Origin: Methanobacteriota archaeon
GTDB lineage: Archaea > Thermoplasmatota > Poseidoniia > Poseidoniales > Thalassarchaeaceae
Length of the DNA: 64,000 nt
Direction of reading: 5' to 3'
Assembly: GCA_016845345.1 (NCBI GenBank)
Contig: JAERSV010000057.1
Span: 183 to 64,182 of the forward strand
Shown here piece after piece: positions 8,721-18,064 of the stretch. Each line of letters begins with the position of its first letter. Position 1 is the stretch's first letter. The notes beneath the pieces were generated by a model. The model was not told the DNA's origin, made no database searches, and saw only the letters and a program-made list of their open reading frames with translations. Made by a program: the position numbers and the translations under genes.

Positions 8721-9764
8721 TCAGCGGTCTGAACGATGCCACCCTTCTGGAAGAAGGAGTGGGTCACCAACATCATCAGCACCTATTCTAGCAACTAATT
8801 CCTCTCTTAACTGCTCAATCCCATAGCCTTCGGTTGCTGAGATACATAGGTGACCCGATACCGGGTTCACGCCTGTATCGATATTGAGCAAGTCTGCTTT
8901 GCCATCAACAACGATTAGTGGAGTCTGTGGTAACAATTCAGCAACTTCTGCCAACAAATTTTCTTGCGATTCCATCGATGTACCACCATGCTCGGCTGGG
9001 TCAAGCAAGAATAATACGATTGAACCAATATTTTCTAGAGCAACAATTGCTTGCATCTCAATATTATTCCTATCTTCCATCGGCCTGTCAAGAAGACCGG
9101 GTGTGTCAACCATCTGGTAAACACGCCGACGATGTTCGAAATGACCGACGTGTAACTGCTTCGTGGTGAACGGATACCCTGCCACCTCTGGTTCATTACT
9201 CGATAAAACACCAATCAAGGCTGATTTGCCAACATTAGGTGAACCGGCAACAACTATGCATGGCTCAGAAGTGTCAATTGATGGTAATTCTCGCAACTGG
9301 TCTCTTGCGCGGTTCAACCACAATAACGACGGATTGACCTGGTCAATTATGGAGGAAATTCTACCATATGCTTCTCGCCTACGCTGATGCATTGAATCTA
9401 TATTCATCATTCTCTGAATCTGTTGTTCATACTTCTTGGCAATGGCCATAGTCTGGTTGGCTGCCCATTGAAGGTTTGAGAGATGATGACGAAATTCATC
9501 ACAACCGACTGAGGCATCTATCAACGAGCGATCAAATTCTGACTGCTTGTCAAGAGAAGGCCATTTTGCAACATAACTTTTCAGTGTTGCATCTAAAACG
9601 TCGCTCGCAGATTGAATCATACGAATCATCTGCTTGCGGGTTCGAAACAATCTATCGGTATCTTCGACTGAATCTTTGGCTTTATTTGCCCTCCTGTACG
9701 CCTTATCCAACAACTCATCTGAGAGTAAAACAGTGGGTAATTTCTTCCAAACAACGACTGCCAT
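8721..9764 (-). CDS. NOG1-family ribosome-biogenesis GTPase
   Basis: GSPNVGKS, YPFTTK, DTPGLLDRP..RN.IE.QA; start placed at ATG 9764 with AGAGGGAG upstream. Confidence 0.92.
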   Translation of the reverse strand: MAVVVWKKLPTVLLSDELLDKAYRRANKAKDSVEDTDRLFRTRKQMIRMIQSASDVLDATLKSYVAKWPSLDKQSEFDRSLIDASVGCDEFRHHLSNLQWAANQTMAIAKKYEQQIQRMMNIDSMHQRRREAYGRISSIIDQVNPSLLWLNRARDQLRELPSIDTSEPCIVVAGSPNVGKSALIGVLSSNEPEVAGYPFTTKQLHVGHFEHRRRVYQMVDTPGLLDRPMEDRNNIEMQAIVALENIGSIVLFLLDPAEHGGTSMESQENLLAEVAELLPQTPLIVVDGKADLLNIDTGVNPVSGHLCISATEGYGIEQLREELVARIGADDVGDPLLLPEGWHRSDR

Positions 9765-9901
9765 TGCACTCCCTCTACTGTTTGCGGCTCGCCCATCCCT
9801 CTTCAATGCAAAGGTTTGGATTTTCTGTAATAATCATTCATTTGAATTAATTTGTATTCTACTTCCAAGGGGTTCTCTTTTCAAGGGTCGGGTGACTCAG
9901 G

Positions 9902-10375
9902 GTGTTAGAGGGGAGCAAGTTGGCAGCGAAGAAAGGAAGTCGAAGCAAGAAAAATGACCTACCTGATTGGGCAATTACATTATGGGAAGATCTAGGGAAA
10001 CCAGACTTCTCTGAATTCCAGGATATTCGGAATGGCCCACTTTTAGAGAGACGTACTGGGCTCAGGAGAGACGACTTAGTTGAAATCCTGATTGATGCCA
10101 GAGCGCTCCCCTCAGATATGGACCCATGGATGAGAGGACGATTAATGGGGACCAATAAATTGACAATTGAACTTCTCACTGCAGATAAAAATTATCATTA
10201 CATCTCAAGAGACGTCATTGTTGATGTATGCCTTGTCGCACATATGAGGGCGGCTTACATTGATGACCGAGACCTGTTGAACTATGAACGAGAGGATATG
10301 AAACGCCGCAATTCCTTGCACGAAGAAGTGGAGAAGGATTCCACCGGTGCTGATGACAGCCATGTATGGGGTTGA
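9902..10375 (+). CDS. Hypothetical protein, possible Sm/LSm-like beta barrel
   Basis: 157-aa ORF; VEILID...RGRLMG...TIELL...YHYISRDVIVDV strand pattern. Confidence 0.65.
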   Translation: MLEGSKLAAKKGSRSKKNDLPDWAITLWEDLGKPDFSEFQDIRNGPLLERRTGLRRDDLVEILIDARALPSDMDPWMRGRLMGTNKLTIELLTADKNYHYISRDVIVDVCLVAHMRAAYIDDRDLLNYEREDMKRRNSLHEEVEKDSTGADDSHVWG

Positions 10376-10385
10376 TGCGGTGAGC

Positions 10386-10628
10386 ATGCATCAGGATTGG
10401 AAATTAATTGACAATCATCATTACGAGCGGCTTTGGAAATTTTCAGACTTTGTTAGTGCTCTAGATTTTGTCAACAAAGCGGGTGCAATCTGTGAAGAGT
10501 TGAATCACCACGCTGAATTTATACTAAATTGGGGTAGTGTTCTCGTCAGAACTTGGAGTCATGACATCAATGGTATTTCTGAACGGGACCATTCTCTAAT
10601 TGGGGCTCTAGACCTTCTATTGGAGTGA
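10386..10628 (+). CDS. Pterin-4-alpha-carbinolamine dehydratase
   Basis: WKFSDFVSALDFVN...NHHAEF...WSHDINGIS..D signature; start codon uncertain (10347-10386). Confidence 0.88.
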   Translation: MHQDWKLIDNHHYERLWKFSDFVSALDFVNKAGAICEELNHHAEFILNWGSVLVRTWSHDINGISERDHSLIGALDLLLE

Positions 10629-10632
10629 AAAC

Positions 10633-10950
10633 ATGGGCACCAAATTTCGACACCATATGTTCATTTGCGCTCATGAAAGACCAGTTGATGCGGCGCGTGA
10701 ATGTTGTGCGGCTAAAGGAAGTTTAGAATTGATGAAAGCCGTCAAATCCGCCGCGAAAGCAGAAAGTATTGCAAATATTCGAGTTCAAAAATCAGGATGT
10801 CTAAGCAATTGTGAAAATGGGATTTCATGTGTCGTTTATCCTGAAGGTGTATGGTATACACTCACTGGTGAAGAAAACATTCCCGACCTCATCGAACATT
10901 TGCGCTCAGGGAAGGTAGCAACTCATCTTTTGATGAATCCAGGGGCCTGA
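10633..10950 (+). CDS. Thioredoxin-like [2Fe-2S] ferredoxin
   Basis: HMFIC...CC...SGCLSNC..G...VVYPEGVWY pattern. Confidence 0.88.
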   Translation: MGTKFRHHMFICAHERPVDAARECCAAKGSLELMKAVKSAAKAESIANIRVQKSGCLSNCENGISCVVYPEGVWYTLTGEENIPDLIEHLRSGKVATHLLMNPGA

Positions 10951-10952
10951 AC

Positions 10953-11975
10953 ATGCAACGTGTAGTCTATACTCAAAGAGGTGGTTTGGAAGCCATTGAA
11001 ATCGTCGAAGAAGAAAATCCAATTCCTCAGTCTGGCGAAGTTGTGGTTGAAGTCCACAGAGCCGGAATAAACTTCGCCGATTTAATGATGCGACAAGGAC
11101 TTTACCAGCCGACTCCTCCATTTCCATTCACACCTGGTTACGAAGTCTCAGGAACAATCTCGGCAATTGGTGAGGGTTGTGATACTTTCACCGTAGGTGA
11201 CAGAGTTCTTGCATTATGTGGAATGGGTGGTTATTCACAACAAGTTGCCGTCCCATCAGACCGCGTGTTCAAATTACCTGATGAAATAGATTTTGACACA
11301 GCAGCAGCCTTACCAGTCACTTATTTGACTACATATCACATGTTGAAATTTTTGGGAAATTTTCAGCCTAATGATACAATCCTAATCCACCATGCCGCAG
11401 GAGGTGTTGGGACTGCAACCGCACAAATAGGAAAGGCCCTCGGTGCCGGGATTATCATAGGCACTGCATCAACTGCAAAATCTGATTTTGTGAAAGAACT
11501 TGGAATGAGGTATATTGATCGTGAAGCAGAGGATTTCGTTTCTGTTTGCAAATCCGAAACTGAGGGAAAAGGAGTACATCACGCCTTAGACCCAGTTGGG
11601 GGAAAACATCTGATGCGCTCTTACAAGGCACTTCGTAAAGGTGGGAACCTATACGCTTTTGGAGGTTCTTCAGCAGTTCGAGGAAGTAAGCGTTCACTTC
11701 GTGCAGCACTCGGTTTTTTATGGGGTATGCCTAAGTTTGACCCAATGCGAATGATGAGTTCTAATAAGGCGGTTTTTGGTGTGCACATGGGGACTTGGCC
11801 TGACCACGAGATTCTCAAGGGGCACATGGAAGAACTCTCTAAAATGCTTTCGAGGGGAGAGATTTCACCTGTTGTAGACAAGGTGTTTCATTATACTGAT
11901 GTTGCCTCTGCTCAACAATATATTCATGACCGAAAAAACCGCGGAAAAGTGCTAATAAATTTCCGTTCAAAATGA
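10953..11975 (+). CDS. MDR-superfamily NADPH:quinone oxidoreductase-like protein (VAT-1-like)
   Basis: GINFADL, PFTPGYEVSG, HHAAGGVG, GKVLI; lacks catalytic Zn ligands. Confidence 0.88.
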   Translation: MQRVVYTQRGGLEAIEIVEEENPIPQSGEVVVEVHRAGINFADLMMRQGLYQPTPPFPFTPGYEVSGTISAIGEGCDTFTVGDRVLALCGMGGYSQQVAVPSDRVFKLPDEIDFDTAAALPVTYLTTYHMLKFLGNFQPNDTILIHHAAGGVGTATAQIGKALGAGIIIGTASTAKSDFVKELGMRYIDREAEDFVSVCKSETEGKGVHHALDPVGGKHLMRSYKALRKGGNLYAFGGSSAVRGSKRSLRAALGFLWGMPKFDPMRMMSSNKAVFGVHMGTWPDHEILKGHMEELSKMLSRGEISPVVDKVFHYTDVASAQQYIHDRKNRGKVLINFRSK

Positions 11976-12055
11976 GGTGTGAACTTCGCAGTTTACTTTT
12001 TGCACTACTTCATCATTATTTACCCCCTTAAACAACACCGTTTCGCCGGCAACAG

Positions 12056-14722
12056 TTGGCGTGGGGGTTGAATCGCTTGGTTACAGCGAATTTAGTTGAA
12101 TGGTTTAGCGAAGTAGGCATGGCTGATACTACGAGTGTTGGTGGCAAAGGTGCATCTCTAGGTGAGTTATACTGTAACCTCAAAAAAGCCGGAGTTAGTG
12201 TTCCTAATGGCTTCAACGTAACTGTTGAAGCATTCCAACAATTTGTCAATTCAGAAGTACCAGCATCTACTTGGGACAATGTCCGGAATCCAGAGGGTGT
12301 TGAGGATATTCGCGAACAAGCGATAGCCTGTACAACTCTATCAAAGGCATTGGAAATATGCCTTCAAGGCGCCGACCCAAGTGACCATCTCAACTTACAC
12401 GGTAGGGCGTCTTTAGCACGAGCAATTGTTCGCGATACTCCTGTGCCTGAGATAATCCGCCAAGCAATTATCAGAGCATATGGACAATTGTGTGAAGAAT
12501 ATGGCCAAGGTGCTGACGTCGCTGTACGCTCTTCTGCAACCACTGAAGATTCTGCCGAAGCATCATTCGCAGGACAGTACGAGTCCTTTCTCAATGTGAG
12601 TGGAGAAAGGGCAGTCATCCAAAAGTGGAGGCAGTGTGTTGCTAGCCTGTTCACCGAGCGTGCGATCGGCTACCAACTTGAAAAGAAAATGAATCCATTA
12701 GACAGCGCAATCGCAGTTGTCATCATGAAGATGGCAAGGGCTGACAAAGCCTGTTCAGGCGTAATGTTCACGATTGACCCTGATTCAGGACATCAAGGCG
12801 TCATCCACATCGCTTCTGCATACGGACTAGGAGAACTAGTAGTCCAAGGTAGTGTGACACCCGACACTTATACTGTATGGAAAGAAGGTTTACGCCGTGG
12901 CAATTTCGCGATTGTTCACCGCGTTTTAGGTAGCAAAGATACCCGGATGGTATATGCACATGGCACTGTCAACGAAGTGACTACAACCAGCGTCCCATTA
13001 GATGAAAGAAGAGCGTGGTCACTAAATCATCAAGAATGTCGACAGCTTGCAGAAATGGCACTAGCAATTGAAGAACATTATCAGCAACCAATGGATATTG
13101 AATGGGCAAAAGATGGTGTGACTGGCAAATTATTCATCGTCCAGGCAAGACCAGAAACAGTACACGCGCAAGCAAGTTCAGCCAAACTAATTCGCTACAG
13201 AATGGATGATTCCTTGATTAAGAAACTCAAGAAAAGCAACATGGTTCTCGCAACCGGTCAAGCAGTTGGAAAAAGAATCGGAAGTGGTAGAGTTAGGTCA
13301 TACCGCTCTTACGAAGAGGTTTTAGAAGGAAAGAGAGCAATTCGGAGAAGGCTCGCCGAAGGAGTTCGGTTAGAGGAGATTACCCACGAAAATAGGGTCT
13401 TTGAGGAGGGTGATGTATTAGTCACCGAAATGACTACTCCCGATTGGGAACCACTCATGAAACAGGCATCATTGATTGTGACCCGCAAGGGTGGAAGAAC
13501 GTCACATGCCGCTATCATTGCCCGCGAATTTGGTATTCCAGCGATTGTTGGCTGTTCAGAAGCAATGGATTTAGAAAATTTGGCAACTGTAACTGGAAGT
13601 TGTGCTGAAGGCGATACTGGATTTATCTATTCAGGAAATCATCCCTTTGAAATTGAAGAAATTGAAGTTGATTCCGATGTCAAATTGAATACCAAGATAA
13701 AGTTGAATGTTGGATTCCCAACAAAATCACTTGCTGATTCGCAATTGCCTGTTGATGGGGTTGGATTAGCACGAATTGAATTCGTATTGTCTGCAGAAGT
13801 TGGTATTCACCCACTCGCGTTTGTACATCACAAAGAGTTGCTAAAATATCTTGAGACTAAGGAGATTGGACCGGGGTTACAACCATATTCCGAGGCATTA
13901 GAAATTACTGATGAATCCGTTATACAATCTGCTGTTGAAGCAGTTGAAAGACGAGCCTGGTCATACGAGGATAAACGCGGGCTATTCATCGATAAACTCC
14001 GCGAAGGCGTTGGATTAATTTGTGCTGCATTCCACCCACGCCCTGTTCTAGTAAGACTATCAGATTTCAAGTCAAATGAATATCGTGAACTTCTCGGTGG
14101 GAGGATTTTTGAGCCAAATGAAGAAAATCCGATGATAGCATGGCGTGGTGCTTCAAGATATCTTGACAGTAATTTCAAGCCTGCGTTTGAAATGGAACTT
14201 GAAGCAATGGCATCAGTCAGGAATGACTTTGGATTAGATAATTTGCAGTTGATGGTGCCGTTTTGCCGCTCACCCGAAGAGGGTGAGGCGGTCAAGCACC
14301 TTCTCAACAAACACAATGTTGGACCTGATTCAAAAGTCCCATTATTTGTGATGGTGGAATTACCATCTAATGTGATAGACGCTGAAAAATTCATCGAAAA
14401 AATGGAATTATATGGTGGATCAATCGGGTCCAACGATTTAGTCCAAACAGTTTATGCCGTATCCCGAGATGATTTAGAGGGCTATCAGCATCCAGTGGAT
14501 GCCCGCTCACCAGCGGTGAAATCGATGATTCGAGATGCAGTTAGAAAATTCACTCAGGCTGGGCTTGAAATCGGAATCTGCGGCCAAGCGCCATCAGATT
14601 ATCCCGATGAATTCCCTAAATTCCTAATCGATTGTGGAATCACAAGTATCTCTGTAACACCTGACACAGTGATGGCAGTAAGAATCTCAATTGCTAAGGC
14701 AGAAGCAGATTCAAATTCGTGA
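12056..14722 (+). CDS. ppsA: Phosphoenolpyruvate synthase (pyruvate, water dikinase)
   Basis: VGGKGASLGE, VAVRSSATTED...SFAGQ, DIEWA, QARPET, GGRTSHAAI (phospho-His), SDFKSNEY, NPMIAWRGASRY, GICGQAPSD; exact start uncertain. Confidence 0.95.
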   Translation: MAWGLNRLVTANLVEWFSEVGMADTTSVGGKGASLGELYCNLKKAGVSVPNGFNVTVEAFQQFVNSEVPASTWDNVRNPEGVEDIREQAIACTTLSKALEICLQGADPSDHLNLHGRASLARAIVRDTPVPEIIRQAIIRAYGQLCEEYGQGADVAVRSSATTEDSAEASFAGQYESFLNVSGERAVIQKWRQCVASLFTERAIGYQLEKKMNPLDSAIAVVIMKMARADKACSGVMFTIDPDSGHQGVIHIASAYGLGELVVQGSVTPDTYTVWKEGLRRGNFAIVHRVLGSKDTRMVYAHGTVNEVTTTSVPLDERRAWSLNHQECRQLAEMALAIEEHYQQPMDIEWAKDGVTGKLFIVQARPETVHAQASSAKLIRYRMDDSLIKKLKKSNMVLATGQAVGKRIGSGRVRSYRSYEEVLEGKRAIRRRLAEGVRLEEITHENRVFEEGDVLVTEMTTPDWEPLMKQASLIVTRKGGRTSHAAIIAREFGIPAIVGCSEAMDLENLATVTGSCAEGDTGFIYSGNHPFEIEEIEVDSDVKLNTKIKLNVGFPTKSLADSQLPVDGVGLARIEFVLSAEVGIHPLAFVHHKELLKYLETKEIGPGLQPYSEALEITDESVIQSAVEAVERRAWSYEDKRGLFIDKLREGVGLICAAFHPRPVLVRLSDFKSNEYRELLGGRIFEPNEENPMIAWRGASRYLDSNFKPAFEMELEAMASVRNDFGLDNLQLMVPFCRSPEEGEAVKHLLNKHNVGPDSKVPLFVMVELPSNVIDAEKFIEKMELYGGSIGSNDLVQTVYAVSRDDLEGYQHPVDARSPAVKSMIRDAVRKFTQAGLEIGICGQAPSDYPDEFPKFLIDCGITSISVTPDTVMAVRISIAKAEADSNS

Positions 14723-14735
14723 ATCAAACCAATGA

Positions 14736-15146
14736 TTAGAGTTTCACAGGACGAGTTGCCCCACACGCTTGACACTTGAGAAGAGTTGTTCGGTCTTCCT
14801 TGATGAATCTCGTGTCCGGTGCACTACATTGACCACATAAAATGAACGTTTTAACATAATTTCCCAATTTTTCTCGGATTCTCTTGGGAGGTATTCTCCC
14901 CTTGAGTAAAACACGACGGTCCTCTCTTGAGCCTGAGGTTCCTAGTTCATTTTGTAAGAAATGATAAACATGGTTTCCATCTCTATCCATCATGTCAATT
15001 ATGTCACTAAAATTCCGGATAATCGTCTGGCTACCCTCAATCATAACATCTGGTTCTGGAAGTTTCCATCGTTCAGATGACGACAACTCCTGAGGAATTT
15101 TGTCGCGGGCTCGATTGAGTAGTGACTCATAGTCAAAGTCTGCCAT
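14736..15146 (-). CDS. eif2b: Translation initiation factor aIF2 beta subunit
   Basis: DYESLLNRA, TIIRNF, ELGTSG, C-terminal CGQC...CQACGA Zn ribbon. Confidence 0.93.
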   Translation of the reverse strand: MADFDYESLLNRARDKIPQELSSSERWKLPEPDVMIEGSQTIIRNFSDIIDMMDRDGNHVYHFLQNELGTSGSREDRRVLLKGRIPPKRIREKLGNYVKTFILCGQCSAPDTRFIKEDRTTLLKCQACGATRPVKL

Positions 15147-15220
15147 TGAATTTGCCGACCTGCGCCCCCCTGTTAAGCCCACCGTTAATTCAACAGCCTA
15201 GACGCGCCCCGCAGGTATTG

Positions 15221-15670
15221 ATGCGAGAGCAAGTGACTGTCCAATTTATGAAAATCCGCGCTGATGCTCAAGCGCCAACTCAGGGCTCTGCACTCGCTGC
15301 TGGTTGGGATTTGAGAGCAATAGAAGAAACTGTGGTAACTTCAGGCAATTCCACGAAGGTAAAAACCGGACTAAAAATCGCTATTCCGTCTGGATTTGAA
15401 GGACAAGTTCGGGCTCGCTCTTCCTTAGCGGCAAAGGGATTGATTTTACCTAACGCTCCGGGAACTATAGATGCAGACTATAGAGGGGAATTGATGGTAT
15501 TACTAACCTGGATAGGAGAGGGTGATTCTTACACAATACCCAAAGGTGAAAGAGTTGCTCAACTGGTTATTTCCCAAGTTCCGCAAGTCGCGTTTATTGA
15601 GGTCGACGAAGATGGGCTTGGCGATACCGAACGCGGTGAGGGCGGATTTGGTAGCACTGGAAGATTTTGA
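15221..15670 (+). CDS. dut: Trimeric dUTPase
   Basis: AAGWDL, RSSLA, GTIDADYRGE, RVAQL and RGEGGFGSTG motifs; upstream part of the ORF overlaps aIF2-beta and is excluded. Confidence 0.95.
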   Translation: MREQVTVQFMKIRADAQAPTQGSALAAGWDLRAIEETVVTSGNSTKVKTGLKIAIPSGFEGQVRARSSLAAKGLILPNAPGTIDADYRGELMVLLTWIGEGDSYTIPKGERVAQLVISQVPQVAFIEVDEDGLGDTERGEGGFGSTGRF

Positions 15671-15774
15671 AGCAAATCTCACTACCAACCATCAAATCAC
15701 TCACTTGGTTTTTTGAGCATGGATTATACCGCTTTACCGTTGTTTTAGAATAACCGTGATACTAGGTTGTTTAA

Positions 15775-15791
15775 CACCGCCTATGGCGGTG
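15775..15791. promoter_or_regulatory. GC-rich inverted repeat upstream of the GfcR-like gene
   Basis: CACCGCC-TAT-GGCGGTG perfect 7-bp arms ending 35 nt before the ATG. Confidence 0.4.
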
Positions 15792-15825
15792 GGTTCATTA
15801 TGGTCCTACTCATCCTTAAGTTTGA

Positions 15826-16404
15826 ATGGCATTAAGTGTTGATGAACTGCGGGATAGAGTTCTTGCTTTGAGAGAAGAGGGTTTGAATGACCAACAAATT
15901 GCCGATGAAATGTCTATTTCAAAATCTACAATCACTTGGTTACAAGGCAGTTCTGCCCCTGAAGCAAAACCCGATGATGTTAGAATTGGTTGGAGGTCAA
16001 TAGGTGTTAGACCTCAACGAATTGATGCAATCGGGATGATTATGGCCGATATTATTGATGAACACCACCCCGAAGGAATTGATACCGTTGTAGGAATCAG
16101 CCTGAATGGGATATTCTTTTCACAATCTGTTGCAGAACAAATTGGTGCAGAAATTTCAATATTCCGAAGTGCGGTTGGTGAAAAGGGAGGAGCCTTATCC
16201 CACAAATACGCAAATGTTGGTGGAAGAAAAATCGTAATCGTTGACGACCTTTTCAATAGCGGAGAAACAATGCGAAGAGCGATTGAAGTCTTACAGAATG
16301 ACGGTGCTGAAGTCGTTCTGTGTCTAGTGATGGTTAACAAGACCGAAAAGAATGAAATCGCTGGAGTCCCATTACGCGGTTTAATCAGAGCAGTCTCAGT
16401 CTAA
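15826..16404 (+). CDS. HTH plus phosphoribosyltransferase-fold protein (OPRT-like / GfcR-family regulator)
   Basis: N-terminal HTH (LREEGLNDQQIADEMSISKSTITWL), DVRIGWRSIG, PRPP-type IVIVDDLFNSGETM. Confidence 0.88.
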   Translation: MALSVDELRDRVLALREEGLNDQQIADEMSISKSTITWLQGSSAPEAKPDDVRIGWRSIGVRPQRIDAIGMIMADIIDEHHPEGIDTVVGISLNGIFFSQSVAEQIGAEISIFRSAVGEKGGALSHKYANVGGRKIVIVDDLFNSGETMRRAIEVLQNDGAEVVLCLVMVNKTEKNEIAGVPLRGLIRAVSV

Positions 16405-16417
16405 GTAGGTGTGAGAG

Positions 16418-17992
16418 ATGCATTGGGCAGATGTCATCGCTGAGCGATTGGCAAAGCAAGGTGATTCACATGTCATTGCTACGGGAATAACACCCTCTGG
16501 CCCAATCCACGTGGGGAACATGCGAGAAGTGCTGACCGCAGACTTAGTGGTACGAGCCTGTGAAAGAATTGGGTTAGATGCTGAATTAATTTACATCGCA
16601 GATACAGCCGACCCACTCCGTAAAGTCTACCCCTTTCTAGACGAACAGGAATTTGGTCAACATGTTGGAAAAGCATTAGCAACATTGCCATCTCCAGACG
16701 GGAAAGGAAATTACTCAGATTTCTTCTTGACACCATTTTTCTCTGCACTAAATGATCTAGGTGTAGAATATCGTGTTGTAGATGTCTATCAAGCATACTT
16801 AGATGGAAAATATACTGAATCTGTAAAAACTGCTATCGAAAATAAAGTTAAAATTCGTGATATAATTTCTGATGTTTCACAACGTCCGCTCGATGATGAT
16901 TGGTTCCCATACAACCCCGCAGACGAAGACGGAAAAATGCATGGCATCAAGGTAACCAACTGCGATTGGCCATGGGTTGAGTGGATTGCAGAAGATGGCC
17001 GTACAGGTCGAACAAATATCGAAAAGGGTGGGGGAAAACTCCCCTGGAGATTAGATTGGCCGGCTCGTTGGGATTGGTTGGATATCACATTCGAAGGGTA
17101 TGGAAAAGACCACTCTGCGGCAGGCGGGTCGTGGGATACTGGACAGCACCTAGCACCTATTTTTGGCTCACCACCACCAATGGGCATGATGTATGAGTGG
17201 ATCTATCTCAAAGGAAAAGGCGCGATGGCGAGTAGCAAAGGAAATACCGTGAGTGGAAAAGAACTCCTTGATATTGTACCCCCAGAAATTATGCGATTCC
17301 TCATTAGCCGTGTCAAGCCGAGCAAACACATCGATTTTGACCCGGGTGAAGGATTGATTGCTTTGGCCGATGAATATGAGAGGTTGGAGCAACGATATCA
17401 CACAAAACTAAACAAAATTGTCCATAAAAGCCTCGATGAAAGCAGTCGCAAAGAACAGCAATTGATTGATGAAGCCAGAAAATTTGAATTGGCTCAGGGA
17501 ATACGGTCTAGGACTAATTTTGATTCTAGTCTTGGAATCTCATTTAGTCATCTTTCAACACTATGTCAGATTAAATCACAAAACGAGGACTTACTCGCAT
17601 CACTTGCGAGGACTCATGGGGTTGATGTTGAGCAACCGGATAAGAGGTTAATTGACCGCGTAAAAAGAATGAGAAATTGGGTTGATTCGGAGTGGTTTCC
17701 CGACAATGCGAGGATTCAACTTGCAGATTCAATAAATTCCGAAGAATTCACCTCTGATGAACTTGATTTCTTACGCATGTTTTCCCAATTAATATCGGAT
17801 TCCGAGTGGGTGGAAGATAGCCTACTGACAACTATTAGAGAGGCTACATCTAGTTCAGAATTAGAGACACGTCAAGCGTTTACAACTCTTTACCAAGCCT
17901 TACTTAACAGAGAGAGAGGACCGAAATTAGCGGCCCTTCTAGTTGAGTTAGGGAAAGACAATGTCTGTAGCCTACTTGACCAACTCGATTAG
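16418..17992 (+). CDS. lysS: Class I lysyl-tRNA synthetase
   Basis: HWAD, TGITPSGPIHVGN, GKLPWRLDWPARW, GKDH, AMASSKGN, GPKLA. Confidence 0.96.
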   Translation: MHWADVIAERLAKQGDSHVIATGITPSGPIHVGNMREVLTADLVVRACERIGLDAELIYIADTADPLRKVYPFLDEQEFGQHVGKALATLPSPDGKGNYSDFFLTPFFSALNDLGVEYRVVDVYQAYLDGKYTESVKTAIENKVKIRDIISDVSQRPLDDDWFPYNPADEDGKMHGIKVTNCDWPWVEWIAEDGRTGRTNIEKGGGKLPWRLDWPARWDWLDITFEGYGKDHSAAGGSWDTGQHLAPIFGSPPPMGMMYEWIYLKGKGAMASSKGNTVSGKELLDIVPPEIMRFLISRVKPSKHIDFDPGEGLIALADEYERLEQRYHTKLNKIVHKSLDESSRKEQQLIDEARKFELAQGIRSRTNFDSSLGISFSHLSTLCQIKSQNEDLLASLARTHGVDVEQPDKRLIDRVKRMRNWVDSEWFPDNARIQLADSINSEEFTSDELDFLRMFSQLISDSEWVEDSLLTTIREATSSSELETRQAFTTLYQALLNRERGPKLAALLVELGKDNVCSLLDQLD

Positions 17993-18064
17993 TCCCTCAA
18001 AACCACCTTCCCCAACACGGGTGAGCATTATGTTTCAAATGGGATGGGGTTGTGAACGCATCCG

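Noticed and set aside
15122-15220. N-terminal extension of dUTPase overlapping aIF2-beta
   Set aside because: Artefact of the longest-ORF call; this is the divergent promoter region and ATG 15221 fits better
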